Positions 20,801 to 30,196 of a stretch of DNA of 32,000 nucleotides are shown piece by piece. Both the position numbers and the translations under genes were made by a program. Each line of letters opens with the position of its first letter. Positions within the stretch are counted from its first letter, which is position 1. Origin of the DNA: Oscillospiraceae bacterium (GTDB lineage Bacteria; Bacillota; Clostridia; Oscillospirales; Ruminococcaceae). The DNA lies in the NCBI GenBank assembly GCA_017436575.1, contig JAFSCU010000003.1:63073-95072 (forward strand), given 5' to 3'. Under the pieces are notes generated by a model. It did not search any database. It was given only the letters and a program-made list of their open reading frames with translations, and was not told the origin of the DNA.

Positions 20801-22613
20801 TTTGTTTTTCCTCCATTTGTTTAAATCGTTCTTCCAGTTCTTCTTCTGAAAGAATTACATAGTTGCTTGTGTCAATCTCAAGCTGATTTGCAAGTTTGAT
20901 CGTTTCTTCATCAAAGATAATTTCTGCAGTAGCAATACTATATTTATCTTCTCCGTGAATATATGGCTTTGCACCTCCATCCGTTGTAAGTGCAATGTTT
21001 GGATGTTTTATTACATCATACTTAAAATCTTTTACAGGTTTTTCGCCTCGAATAAAAAGCAGGGCATATTGGTTATCCATCATACGGACTTCATCCGGTG
21101 TCATAAGCTCTCTGCCTGCCATCTGCCAGTTGGTGGAGTAAGAGCCATTTCTGCCGTGGGATTGGCCGTAAGTGTTTGTATCAATAGTTTCCTTTCCCAA
21201 CAGCTTTGAAACATATTCGTGTGTGGACTGTTCATTACCGCCAAGATATACAAACTCATCACAGTTGCCTACGATAGATTCCCATTGTTTTTCAAACAGG
21301 GCCTTTAACTGCGCCATATTCTGAATAATGATGGATACAGATATTTCACGGCTTCTCATAGTTGCAAGTAGTTTATCAAATTCATCAGGCAAAGCAACAT
21401 TGGCAAACTCATCCATTACAAAATGAACATGTACTGGTAATCTGCCTCCATGCACTCTGTCTGCAGAGTAATAAAGCTGCTGAAACAGCTGTGTGTAAAG
21501 CATACCTACAATAAAGTTAAAACTGCTGTCATTGTCCGGTATTACGGCAAAGATAGCAGTTTTCTTTTCTCCAAGTGTATTCAGTTCCATTTCATCAGTC
21601 TGTGTAATACTTGCAAGTGTTTCAAGGTTGAATTTTTCAAGTCTTGAAACAAGAGTAATCTGTATAGATTTCAAAGTCTTACCGGAACCTGAACGATAGT
21701 TCTTGTAATACTTGATTGCAATATGTTCTGGATTTTCTTCTTGCAGTCTTTCAAAAAGCATATCAAGAGGGGACTGGTAATCCTCACTGTCTTCTCTTAC
21801 TTCTCCGGCTCTTATCATTTCCATAACCATAGGAAAGTTCTGTTCATCTTCAGGTGCTTCGTGATGTAAATATAGTACCAAAGCCATAAGCAGCATCATA
21901 GCAGCCTGGTCCCAGAACGGGTCTGAACTGGAACTGTTTTTAGGTGTGGTGTTTTTAAAGAGATTAGTTACCATTCTCTGTACATCGTTATCATCTTTAA
22001 GATATACAAAAGGATTGTAACAATGACTTTTCTCCATATTTATTAGGTCTATGACTTTAATGTCATAACCTTTCTCTTTCAGCAGATTGCCTGTATCTCG
22101 AAGCAGTTCACCTTTAGGGTCAAGCACTACAAAACTTGTATTGGCGTTCATAATATTAGGTTTTGCATAAAAGCGTGTTTTACCAGCACCAGAACCGCCA
22201 CATACAAGAGTGTTAAGGTTTCTCCTGTGTTTTCTGCCATCAAAACCGATTGAAACATTCTGTGTAAGTATCTTGTTGTAATACTTATCCTTGTTTACAT
22301 ACTTTCTGTTAACCTGTCTGGCGTTACCCCATTTGGCAGAGCCGTGTTCTTCTCTGCGGCGGTAGTTTCTTTCGCTTGAAAGATATACCCCCAGCGCTAT
22401 GCCATAAATTATAACAAGTATGAGAACAGTTTTCAGGCTGTTCTCACACCAAGTTATTTTAAATGGGTGGGTCATTACATTTGGCAATTCATTGATTAAC
22501 CCCACAAGGCCATCACTCATTGCCGGAGCAATCAGCAAGGAAAGCCATATAGTAGCAATAAGTCCGAAGATGTACAGGATAATATATTCTGTAGAGAATT
22601 TATCATCTCTCAT
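20787..22613 (-). CDS. virD4: VirD4/TraG-type type IV coupling protein
   Basis: 608 aa with two N-terminal TM helices. Walker A is VCGGSGAGKT and Walker B-like is HFVMDEFAN. Confidence 0.9.
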   Translation of the reverse strand: MRDDKFSTEYIILYIFGLIATIWLSLLIAPAMSDGLVGLINELPNVMTHPFKITWCENSLKTVLILVIIYGIALGVYLSSERNYRRREEHGSAKWGNARQVNRKYVNKDKYYNKILTQNVSIGFDGRKHRRNLNTLVCGGSGAGKTRFYAKPNIMNANTSFVVLDPKGELLRDTGNLLKEKGYDIKVIDLINMEKSHCYNPFVYLKDDNDVQRMVTNLFKNTTPKNSSSSDPFWDQAAMMLLMALVLYLHHEAPEDEQNFPMVMEMIRAGEVREDSEDYQSPLDMLFERLQEENPEHIAIKYYKNYRSGSGKTLKSIQITLVSRLEKFNLETLASITQTDEMELNTLGEKKTAIFAVIPDNDSSFNFIVGMLYTQLFQQLYYSADRVHGGRLPVHVHFVMDEFANVALPDEFDKLLATMRSREISVSIIIQNMAQLKALFEKQWESIVGNCDEFVYLGGNEQSTHEYVSKLLGKETIDTNTYGQSHGRNGSYSTNWQMAGRELMTPDEVRMMDNQYALLFIRGEKPVKDFKYDVIKHPNIALTTDGGAKPYIHGEDKYSIATAEIIFDEETIKLANQLEIDTSNYVILSEEELEERFKQMEEKQNAKK

Positions 22614-22788
22614 CTTTCCACCACTTCTTTTTGACCGGCTTTCCGTTTATGGTTTTAAGTATGATGTTTTCAATATCTTCTGTAGGTTTATCTTCTTCCA
22701 ACAGTTTCTTTCTGCAGTCATTCATTTGACCTACAAGTACCTTTTGTTCATCCTGTGTAAGTTCAATGGTGATATTGTATTTTTCCAT
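22603..22788 (-). CDS. small conserved-position protein of unknown function
   Basis: 61 aa and highly charged. Its end overlaps the virD4 start by 11 nt, suggesting translational coupling. No motif recognised. Confidence 0.5.
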   Translation of the reverse strand: MEKYNITIELTQDEQKVLVGQMNDCRKKLLEEDKPTEDIENIILKTINGKPVKKKWWKDER

Positions 22789-22797
22789 AGGCTATAC

Positions 22798-23685
22798 CTA
22801 CCTTGCATCTTTACTTTTGTCGGATCTCTGCTTATCAAGAACTTTAGACATATCGTTTGTAATATCATTTACAACTGTTCTTATCATATTCAGTTCTTTA
22901 CGAATGTCTTTGGTATCGTAATCTGCAAATCTTTCAGTAATCTTATTAAAGGTAAAGTCGGAAGTTTCGATACCATACTTGGTACAAAGCACATATGCAA
23001 TACTGTAAGCCATATATGCGTTGTCACTGCGGGTTGTATCTCCGGTATCAAGGTGTGCATGAGCAAGTTCCTGTGACAGTGCTCTGAAAATATCTCCTGC
23101 TCGCATATTCTCCTGAATGTAGATGGTATTTTCTTTTGGATTGTATCTGGCACGGGCATCGCCTTCTACCTGCGATACAATTTCAAATTTGCAAGGTGCA
23201 TCATTGATAAGCGCTTTAAGGAGAAGACGGCTATCGTACTTAACTTCAGCTCTGCCCATATCTTTGATGGTAGTCTGTGAAATATCAAATACTTTCTTTG
23301 TTTTGAAGTTCACACCTGTAGAGCCATCGTCCCTCGTATATTCTTCACCTGGTTCAAGAAGCACAATACCTCTTTCGCCTTTCTTTACATAGCCTTCCGT
23401 TTTACTGATTGCTTTGGAATCCAGCAACCTTGTAGCATCAGGCATCTGGTTTGTAATGAGAAGAATATTGCCTGTTGAATATCTTTCAAAGTTACTCATT
23501 ACCTCAAGGAAACATCTGTAATCGTCAGGATTGGATTTGATATCTTCAAGGGTTTCATCAATGGCATTGAAAGCAAACTCTCTTTCAATCCTTTTCATTT
23601 CAGCCCATTCATCTTTATCAAAAGGTTCATAGGTTCTTTTTGCAGTGTTATCTGCCGATTTAAAAATGTCATCAAAATTGTTCAT
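22798..23685 (-). CDS. ArdC-like protein (ssDNA-binding N-terminal-domain-like) with a degenerate metalloprotease motif
   Basis: YSTGNILLITNQMPDATRLLDSKAISKTEGYVKKGERGIVLLEP resembles the ArdC/DUF1738 N-terminal pattern. The C-terminal half carries QELAHAH where HExxH would be expected. The call is by motif resemblance only. Confidence 0.5.
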   Translation of the reverse strand: MNNFDDIFKSADNTAKRTYEPFDKDEWAEMKRIEREFAFNAIDETLEDIKSNPDDYRCFLEVMSNFERYSTGNILLITNQMPDATRLLDSKAISKTEGYVKKGERGIVLLEPGEEYTRDDGSTGVNFKTKKVFDISQTTIKDMGRAEVKYDSRLLLKALINDAPCKFEIVSQVEGDARARYNPKENTIYIQENMRAGDIFRALSQELAHAHLDTGDTTRSDNAYMAYSIAYVLCTKYGIETSDFTFNKITERFADYDTKDIRKELNMIRTVVNDITNDMSKVLDKQRSDKSKDAR

Positions 23686-24374
23686 TATCTGCTTTTTCCT
23701 TTCTTCTTGGATTTTGATTTATTTCTTGTTTTAGGTTTGGTATTCGGTTTCTTCTGCTGTGCTTTAAACTCGTTTAGTTTCTGCCTTACACTCTGCTTAG
23801 TAGAGGGAGCGGATTCTCGATTTTTTTGAGTCGTTGAGGAACGCTCGGACGGATTTGGGTTTACCGTCCGAGCTGTTTGCGAATTTTGCTTATCTTCTTT
23901 CTGTGATTCAGCGCTCAAAAGCTTATCGAGAAATTCTTCACTTTTATCCGCAATCTTTTCTTCACGGCTTTTCTCAATCTCTGTCTTGATACTTGCCATA
24001 TCAACATTGGCCAGATTAAAGCGTTCAAAAATACGGTTGATTTTGGCAGAGTCTAATTCTCTGACCATAATATCTGTCATACCATCTTCTGCATTTTTAT
24101 CTTTAAGTACACAGTACAGAACACCATACTTTTTAGCTTCAGTACAGAACTTTTGCAAATCTTCATCCCTGACAGCATAAATCTTCAAAGGTTGACCACT
24201 TTTCAGCATATTGTTAAGTCTTGTTTTACCTTTGGTCTGCTTCTGGTCTTTCATAATTGCATAGAGCATAACTGCAACATTCTTTGCACCGTTGCCTGTT
24301 ATCTTGGCAGCAACTTCTACAGTGTTAAGGGATATTCTAACGAGCTGTTCTGCTGCGTCCGAACTTGTGTTCAT
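23685..24374 (-). CDS. PcfB-family (DUF3801) relaxosome accessory protein
   Basis: The N-terminal part VRISLNTVEVAAKITGNGAKNVAVMLYAIMKDQKQTKGKTRLNNMLKSGQPLKIYAV..LQKFCTEAKKYGVLYCVLKD is typical of DUF3801. The C-terminal tail is Lys-rich. Confidence 0.75.
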   Translation of the reverse strand: MNTSSDAAEQLVRISLNTVEVAAKITGNGAKNVAVMLYAIMKDQKQTKGKTRLNNMLKSGQPLKIYAVRDEDLQKFCTEAKKYGVLYCVLKDKNAEDGMTDIMVRELDSAKINRIFERFNLANVDMASIKTEIEKSREEKIADKSEEFLDKLLSAESQKEDKQNSQTARTVNPNPSERSSTTQKNRESAPSTKQSVRQKLNEFKAQQKKPNTKPKTRNKSKSKKKGKSR

Positions 24375-25746
24375 TTTCTTTTACCTCCTGTCTGTCTATT
24401 GTTCTTTGTTTGTCCAGTTCCTGCAGATTATCTTTAACCTGCTGTGAACGTTGTTCTACCAGTTCAAGGGCATTCACCTCCCTTCGTAAAACTTTGAGTT
24501 GAGTAGAAATAGTAGTAATTTCTGCTTTGATACTTTCAACCTGTTTTGTATCTCCTGCTCTGTCTGCTCTTTTTTGTGCATTGCGCAAATCTTTTCGGAT
24601 ATCTGTTAGCGCAGATATGTTTTCAACAAGATTCTGTTTTGCTGTTAATAACTGTTGTCCTGTTTCAATTTTGTATTTACCCAGAACTCTGGACTGTTCC
24701 ATATATTTATCCATCTGGACAATATCTTCACGCAATAAAAAAGACACCCTTTTTACGGATGCCGGATTCTTCTTTATTATTCCACGTTCATAGCAGTATC
24801 TTAAATACAGTGCATAAATGCCTCTGGGTTTTATTGTTTTGAAACTACCATTCAGTTTTCCTTTTGTATATATCTTTGGCATATACAAATCTGGGAATGG
24901 TTCTTCTCGTATATTGTTATTGCGAATACGCTGCACAATTCGTGGCAAATCATATTCTTCACCGAGACTATGAAAGCGAAAGAAACCTTTTGCTCCCGGT
25001 GGTTTGATAGATGGATACTTTAATCTATTGCCATCACTGGTGAATAGTTTAAATTCATACCCCATAACCTCCATAGTACGGATAAACTGTTGCTGTGTAA
25101 CAGAAGCCTTTATAGCTGCATCAATATCTCTGCGGATTGTATCTCGCTGTGTAAGTTTACCTTTCTTTTCAGCCTGCCACTCTGCATAATTCTTTGATTT
25201 ACCGGATGTTTCTTCGATTACAGATAACCCATATTCTCGGCATAGTCTATCAGACTCCTCTCTCATTTTCATATATGTATGAAGATTGCCAAGATATCTT
25301 TTGCCAGTGTTAAAAGAAACAGAATTAAGCACAAAATGATTGTGGTAATGGCCTGTATTCAGATGTGTGGCAACTACAACTTCAAAGTTTTCTCCCCATA
25401 ATCTTTTGGCAAGTTCTACTCCGATATTATGTGCCTGCCGTGCAGTAACTTCATTTTCTTTAAAGGACTGATATCCATGAAAAGCTACTATCTGGCCTTT
25501 CTTTTCCCATCTGTCTTTTGAATGTTTGAACTGTTGATTTGCATATTCAGCATCACAGTTAATACCGGATACATACATTTTCTTTTCTGTTTTTAAATCA
25601 TCTACAGCATACTCAAGAACATTATCTATAGCGTGATATTCAGACAACATTTTTATATTTTCAGCAGTTGTTTTTTCAGGATTAATTACATAGTTCAGCA
25701 CTTTATCAGCTCTACCTTTTATGCTCCACATACTTGTAACTGCCAT
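24337..25746 (-). CDS. relaxase/mobilization nuclease (MobA/VirD2 family)
   Basis: The start is assigned to the ATG at 25746 (MAVTSMWSIKGR), which overlaps the mobC stop as TAATG and lies downstream of GGTGGA. The histidine triad is ATHLNTGHYHNHFVLNSVS. The C-terminus is coiled-coil. Confidence 0.9.
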   Translation of the reverse strand: MAVTSMWSIKGRADKVLNYVINPEKTTAENIKMLSEYHAIDNVLEYAVDDLKTEKKMYVSGINCDAEYANQQFKHSKDRWEKKGQIVAFHGYQSFKENEVTARQAHNIGVELAKRLWGENFEVVVATHLNTGHYHNHFVLNSVSFNTGKRYLGNLHTYMKMREESDRLCREYGLSVIEETSGKSKNYAEWQAEKKGKLTQRDTIRRDIDAAIKASVTQQQFIRTMEVMGYEFKLFTSDGNRLKYPSIKPPGAKGFFRFHSLGEEYDLPRIVQRIRNNNIREEPFPDLYMPKIYTKGKLNGSFKTIKPRGIYALYLRYCYERGIIKKNPASVKRVSFLLREDIVQMDKYMEQSRVLGKYKIETGQQLLTAKQNLVENISALTDIRKDLRNAQKRADRAGDTKQVESIKAEITTISTQLKVLRREVNALELVEQRSQQVKDNLQELDKQRTIDRQEVKENEHKFGRSRTAR

Positions 25747-26072
25747 TATCCACCGTTTCTGAAAGTGTCCCAAAGCATAGCTTCTGTTCTGTGATTTCTT
25801 TCAAGGGCATCTTTTAGAAGAAGCGCATCTACAAAACCAAGAGAATTTGCTTTTGCAGCAAGCTGATTTAGGTTTGTTCCAACTTTACGGACTTCTCTTA
25901 TGAGTTCATAAAAATCAGCAGGTGGTGCTTCTTTTATCTTTGTACCTATTACCGCTGCTCTGATAAATGCTGTAAAATTCATACCTGCCTGTTTTGCTTT
26001 TCGCTTTGCCATATCAAGTTCTTCATCACTGAATCTTACAGATACAATATTATCTTTTTTCAATCGCAACAT
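25746..26072 (-). CDS. mobC: MobC-family relaxosome protein (ribbon-helix-helix)
   Basis: The motifs VSVRFSDEELDMAKRKAKQAGMNFTAFIRAAV and LIREVRKVGTNLNQLAAKAN are characteristic of MobC proteins. Confidence 0.85.
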   Translation of the reverse strand: MLRLKKDNIVSVRFSDEELDMAKRKAKQAGMNFTAFIRAAVIGTKIKEAPPADFYELIREVRKVGTNLNQLAAKANSLGFVDALLLKDALERNHRTEAMLWDTFRNGG

Positions 26073-26090
26073 CCTTTCTGTTTAGGGGTA

Positions 26091-26136
26091 TCAGGGGAGA
26101 AATTCCCCTGACAAGCCGATTTCGTATTACGAAATC
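26091..26136 (-). other. candidate oriT inverted repeats
   Basis: Two inverted repeats lie 19-64 nt upstream of the mobC start: TCAGGGGA-gaaat-TCCCCTGA (26091-26111) and GATTTCGTA-t-TACGAAATC (26118-26136). The nick site was not identified. Confidence 0.5.
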
Positions 26137-26240
26137 TATGCTTGCTAAGACAATTCCATACACATATATCTTTCTGAAAAATATTTGTGACTTTTTCCTG
26201 TTTTCTGTATATGTATATATAGGGTAACTGTATATTGCCC

Positions 26241-26372
26241 TTAAACTTCATCTGTTATTTTAAGCTCTCCAAGTATTCTGCCAATACTTTCAAGTGCCAA
26301 TAAAGCTTCTCTGTAGTTTTCTTCCAACTGAATTTTCTGTTCTTCTGTAACAGTAATTTTCTTTTCTTCCAT
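26241..26372 (-). CDS. possible 43-aa helical protein, below the ORF-track size cut-off
   Basis: The ATG at 26372-26370 overlaps the upstream stop as TAATG, and GGAGG lies 9 nt upstream. The translation is MEEKKITVTEEQKIQLEENYREALLALESIGRILGELKITDEV. Confidence 0.35.
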   Translation of the reverse strand: MEEKKITVTEEQKIQLEENYREALLALESIGRILGELKITDEV

Positions 26373-27100
26373 TATCTTGCGCCTCCTTTCTCTCTCATCC
26401 TATCCGGGTTATATGGTATCGCCTGTATTTCATTCCAAGTCTTAAAAAACAATTCTGGATACTTAAACATCTTCATATATTTATCCTGCTGTTCTTTTGA
26501 AAGACTGCCAAAATTGGTAGTGCTGCAGTCACAGATAAAGAAAGGCCCTGCCAGTATTTCCACAACTTTTCCATCTGTTTTTACTGACCTGTTTAAAGGC
26601 ATACCATTGATTTTACCTTCGTCATTACAGACGATACATACTTCTTCATCCTGGGAGAAATAGTAGGTCTGGAAAAATCCACCTCCTACTGCTTCCTGTA
26701 AATCTTTCAGTTCAGTACCAATTTCTACTACCTCTGCCAGCTTATCCGGCTGGCACATTACTACTGTTATTATTTTTTCTCTGGTTTCTTCCGGCTCAAA
26801 TTTGATGTCAATAAACTCATAGCTGTCACAGTAATAATACTTGGTTTCATTTTCCTCTTTAACTGCAATTACATCAGAAATACTCATTGAACGACCTTTA
26901 TATCCACTTGGCTGATAGAGGTTGAATTTCATATATATTTCATTCAGGTCTTTACATTTTACTTTTCCTGAAAATACTTTTACATATATGCTACTGTCTA
27001 TATCTGTAGTTCCCTGCAAGTCTTCAAGTTCATCATAATGTCTGAAGCATACACCATCAAAGTCTACTTCAGTATCTATCTGATAAATTTCAATATTCAT
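26372..27100 (-). CDS. YodL-like plus DUF3846 domain protein
   Basis: The N-terminal part MNIEIYQI...IYMKFNLYQPSGYKGRSMSISDVIAV...YYCDSYEF matches the YodL pattern. The C-terminal part VCIVCNDEGKINGMPLNR...AGPFFICD matches the DUF3846 pattern. Its start overlaps the upstream stop as ATGA. Confidence 0.7.
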   Translation of the reverse strand: MNIEIYQIDTEVDFDGVCFRHYDELEDLQGTTDIDSSIYVKVFSGKVKCKDLNEIYMKFNLYQPSGYKGRSMSISDVIAVKEENETKYYYCDSYEFIDIKFEPEETREKIITVVMCQPDKLAEVVEIGTELKDLQEAVGGGFFQTYYFSQDEEVCIVCNDEGKINGMPLNRSVKTDGKVVEILAGPFFICDCSTTNFGSLSKEQQDKYMKMFKYPELFFKTWNEIQAIPYNPDRMREKGGAR

Positions 27101-28023
27101 CGTACATCTCCTTCCTTTGCTTTTATACGACCTGTTAAAATCATCAACTCTTCATTCACATCTTTGCCTATCAGCGGTGTATGCACAAATACTTTATATC
27201 TATCTCGGAGCTGATTTAACAGATTAAGAGTCGCAGTTCTGCCTGTCTCATCATTGTCAAGATGCAGGCAAATTGTTTTCAGCAATTTATTAACATCAAG
27301 ATGATATTTAAGCTGTACTGGGAGCTCTTTAGCTTTTACACTGACACCACCTAAAGACAGATATGCGTCTTTTGTCCAATCTCTGTCTGACATTATCTGC
27401 AGGGATATATATGACAGGAGATCTATGGCGGATTCAAAAATATGCAGCCTTTCAGGATTATCTGTTTCGCATATCCTGAAAGCATATTTTTTATCACTGC
27501 CATTAACTTCGCCTTTGAAATTGCCCTTTGTTCCTCGCAGGTTTGCATATTTGATATTACCTTTTTCGTCATACCCAGCAAATACAACATTATGATACTG
27601 TTCTGTTTCAAGTATCAGTTTTTTATCAATGCAGTAATTTATGATTTGAGAATTAATACCCCTGCTTATGAGGTAAGAAAAAGCCTTGTTAGTTGTATCC
27701 GACAGGGCTGGCATTTGTAATATTTTGTCTTTTGGCTGATAACAAAAAACGGGCGATTTTTCAATCGTCCGTCCGTTTATCTTTTCTACCGCCTGTGGCA
27801 GTGTATATCCTTTTACTTTTATTAAATAGTCCAGTGCAGATTTACCGCCTATACCTTTTGAGAACCAGAACCACATACCATTGCTGATTTTAAGACTATC
27901 ATGTTCAACAGTACAGTAGCTGTTGGCAGATTCCTTTTTCAAATTCTCTGGTTCGTAATTCATAAGGTATGTAAGCAAATCCATCTTTTTCGCTTTTGCT
28001 ATTTCTTCTCTTGGTATGTACAT
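27097..28023 (-). CDS. DUF3991 and Toprim domain protein (primase-like)
   Basis: RBS AGGAGG. The N-terminal part DLLTYL...NGMWFWFSKGIGGKSALDYLIKVKG is followed by the Toprim acidic motifs LHIFESAIDLLSY and CLHLDNDETGR. Confidence 0.8.
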   Translation of the reverse strand: MYIPREEIAKAKKMDLLTYLMNYEPENLKKESANSYCTVEHDSLKISNGMWFWFSKGIGGKSALDYLIKVKGYTLPQAVEKINGRTIEKSPVFCYQPKDKILQMPALSDTTNKAFSYLISRGINSQIINYCIDKKLILETEQYHNVVFAGYDEKGNIKYANLRGTKGNFKGEVNGSDKKYAFRICETDNPERLHIFESAIDLLSYISLQIMSDRDWTKDAYLSLGGVSVKAKELPVQLKYHLDVNKLLKTICLHLDNDETGRTATLNLLNQLRDRYKVFVHTPLIGKDVNEELMILTGRIKAKEGDVR

Positions 28024-28040
28024 ATTTCCTCCTGAAATGA

Positions 28041-28068
28041 AAAAAGCCGTATAGGGTTACTATACGGC
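28041..28068 (-). terminator. Rho-independent terminator after 28074..28838
   Basis: The minus strand reads GCCGTATAG-taacc-CTATACGGC followed by TTTTTTCATTTC. Confidence 0.75.
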
Positions 28069-28073
28069 CTCTA

Positions 28074-28838
28074 TTATTTATTATCTTCTTCAAACATTTG
28101 TATTGCCAATTTAATTTCTTTAAGATTTCTTGTTGATGGTAGCATTTTATATATTTCAGTAATCATATAATCAATCATCACTACAAAAAGAACAACAATT
28201 ATACCCATCGCAAACAGATAAGCTAATTCACTTGTTAATTGACTTGCTTCTATTGAATCGAAATACTTTGTTACTGCAAAAACAGTGGCTGATACCGCAA
28301 TATTTACCAACGATTTTAACTTTTTTAACACTTTATTTTTTTCATTTTCTCTTTCGTTAATAGATATTTTTAATCTACTTATAGTTCTTGTAATATCACC
28401 ATCAAAATAGGAACAGGCTTCTTTAAAATCATCATATACACTATCCCATCCCCACTTCTTTTGCCAGGCTCTTATATAGTTTCTACCTTCATCCTCACCC
28501 CTTGACAATTCAATCATTATAGGATTTTTTACTTTGTCCATTATCATAAGAATAATCAAAATAATGAATGAAACCATAAGAAAGGCTAAAGCTGCTTTAA
28601 CTTTTACATATTTCGGGAATATACAAGCAAGAGTCCATAATGCCATTCCTATAACCAAACAAATTATAACCATCCAAAGAGAACCACGTATAAAAGTGCT
28701 AACCGATTTAGGATTACTGTAATATTTTCCTTTTTCTTCTGAACTTTTCTTCAGCGCATTAGATAATTCTCTTATACCAATATTCTCATGATTCTTTTTT
28801 CTTACAAACTGATACACTTTTAAAAATATTTCGTACAT
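28074..28838 (-). CDS. AT-rich four-TM membrane protein of unknown function
   Basis: 254 aa. Two TM helices lie near aa 55-105 and two near aa 185-235, around a charged helical middle region. The gene is bounded by terminators on both sides. Confidence 0.65.
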   Translation of the reverse strand: MYEIFLKVYQFVRKKNHENIGIRELSNALKKSSEEKGKYYSNPKSVSTFIRGSLWMVIICLVIGMALWTLACIFPKYVKVKAALAFLMVSFIILIILMIMDKVKNPIMIELSRGEDEGRNYIRAWQKKWGWDSVYDDFKEACSYFDGDITRTISRLKISINERENEKNKVLKKLKSLVNIAVSATVFAVTKYFDSIEASQLTSELAYLFAMGIIVVLFVVMIDYMITEIYKMLPSTRNLKEIKLAIQMFEEDNK

Positions 28839-28911
28839 TAATGTCTCCTTTATTCATGTTTATATATAGAGAGAATAAAGGAAAAATATGTAAAATTTGT
28901 GTCTTTCAAAC

Positions 28912-28943
28912 AAAAAGTGCTGTAAATATTCACAGCACTTTTT
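28912..28943 (-). terminator. Rho-independent terminator after the ATPase gene
   Basis: AAAAA-GTGCTGT-aaatattc-ACAGCAC-TTTTT (28912-28943), immediately after the stop at 28946-28948. Confidence 0.7.
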
Positions 28944-28945
28944 GT

Positions 28946-30169
28946 TTATTGATTCAACAGCCAATCCACAACATTAACTACTTCTATACCGTCATAGTTA
29001 CCCGTTGTAAATCTGTCCAATGTCAAAACTGTCTTTGAATAGTTATCAGTTATGTTTCGTAAAGACTTCATTTCTCTTTCAAAAGTTGCTTCTTCCATCA
29101 TGGATGCAGTAACCTGGAAATAGTGTATCCTATTATCTTTTTCGGCTACAAAATCTACTTCCAGTGTTCCAACCTTGCCTATGTTAACCTTGTACCCTCT
29201 TCTTTTAAGTTCAAGGAATACTATGTTTTCAAGAGTAAATCCAAGGTCATAATTTTTTCTAGGCAAAAGATGTCTACGTAAGCCTGTATCTGTTATATAT
29301 ATCTTACCATTCTTTTTCAGCACCTGTTTACCTTGAATATCATAGCGCTCAACTTCGTAAAAGATATATGGTTCTAATAAAGCTTCAACATAATCATTAA
29401 CCGTATTCTGAGAAACTTTTCTGCCTGTTGAAGTTATATAGTCAGATATACTTTTTACAGATATTGGATTGCCTACGCTACTTGCAAGGAAGCGAGCTAT
29501 ATTTTTAAGTAAAACAATATCTGTTATTTTACGTTTAGTTACGTCTGTTTCTCTTCGTTTCTGACGTTCCTCAATATCTTTAAGGATTATGGTATTGTAT
29601 ATACCTTCAAGATATACATCTACCTGTTCTTCAGGGTTCTTTAAAAGTGCAACATAAGGGAAAGCACCGTTTTTCATATATTCTGCAAACAGACTGTCCT
29701 TATTATCCCCGCCTTTTATCTCACAGAACTCTGCAAAAGACAGTGGCAGCATATTTATTTCTATATATCTTCCAGATAAATTAGTAGCTAACTCGCTTGA
29801 TAACAAATATGCATTTGAGCCAGTTATATATATATCAACATTATCCTTAACATACAGGCTATCTACAACTTTTTCATAATCTTCCACTTTTTGGATTTCA
29901 TCAAGAAAAACATATGTTGTTTTATCTTTTACCAATCTTTCTGTAAGATGTTTATAAAGTTCTTTATAATCCAATAAATGTTCATACTCAAGTTCTTCAA
30001 AATTCAGATAAACTATTTGTTCATCTGATATCCCTTCATTGCGAAGATAATCCTGAAACAATTTTATCATAGTAGATTTACCGCATCTCCTGATACCTGT
30101 AACTACTTTGATAACTTTCTCATCTTTCCAAGATATTAATTGATTAAGATAATCTTTTCTCTGTATCAT
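28946..30169 (-). CDS. AAA-family ATPase with a DUF4143-type C-terminal domain
   Basis: RBS GAGGTG. Walker A is GIRRCGKST and Walker B-like is YVFLDEIQ. The C-terminal FFLRHLL-type region (TDTGLRRHLL) is typical of AAA_14/DUF4143 proteins. Confidence 0.85.
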   Translation of the reverse strand: MIQRKDYLNQLISWKDEKVIKVVTGIRRCGKSTMIKLFQDYLRNEGISDEQIVYLNFEELEYEHLLDYKELYKHLTERLVKDKTTYVFLDEIQKVEDYEKVVDSLYVKDNVDIYITGSNAYLLSSELATNLSGRYIEINMLPLSFAEFCEIKGGDNKDSLFAEYMKNGAFPYVALLKNPEEQVDVYLEGIYNTIILKDIEERQKRRETDVTKRKITDIVLLKNIARFLASSVGNPISVKSISDYITSTGRKVSQNTVNDYVEALLEPYIFYEVERYDIQGKQVLKKNGKIYITDTGLRRHLLPRKNYDLGFTLENIVFLELKRRGYKVNIGKVGTLEVDFVAEKDNRIHYFQVTASMMEEATFEREMKSLRNITDNYSKTVLTLDRFTTGNYDGIEVVNVVDWLLNQ

Positions 30170-30196
30170 ACAATCACCTCTACTCTATGTAATTGT

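Noticed and set aside
12369-25189. Other antisense or out-of-frame ORFs inside the M23, T4SS and relaxase genes (for example 12688..13098, 12989..13297, 14230..14577, 14714..15148, 15443..15979, 16691..17162, 18570..18869, 18950..19447, 19337..19621, 20496..20824, 22420..23076, 22890..23392, 24153..24842).
   Set aside because: Each overlaps a much longer ORF that has clear family motifs. None has a credible RBS or a protein-like sequence.
26060-26251. ORF-track ORF of 63 aa on the minus strand, upstream of mobC.
   Set aside because: It spans the inverted repeats of the candidate oriT, has no RBS, and has an odd composition (Cys/Lys-rich), so it is probably spurious.
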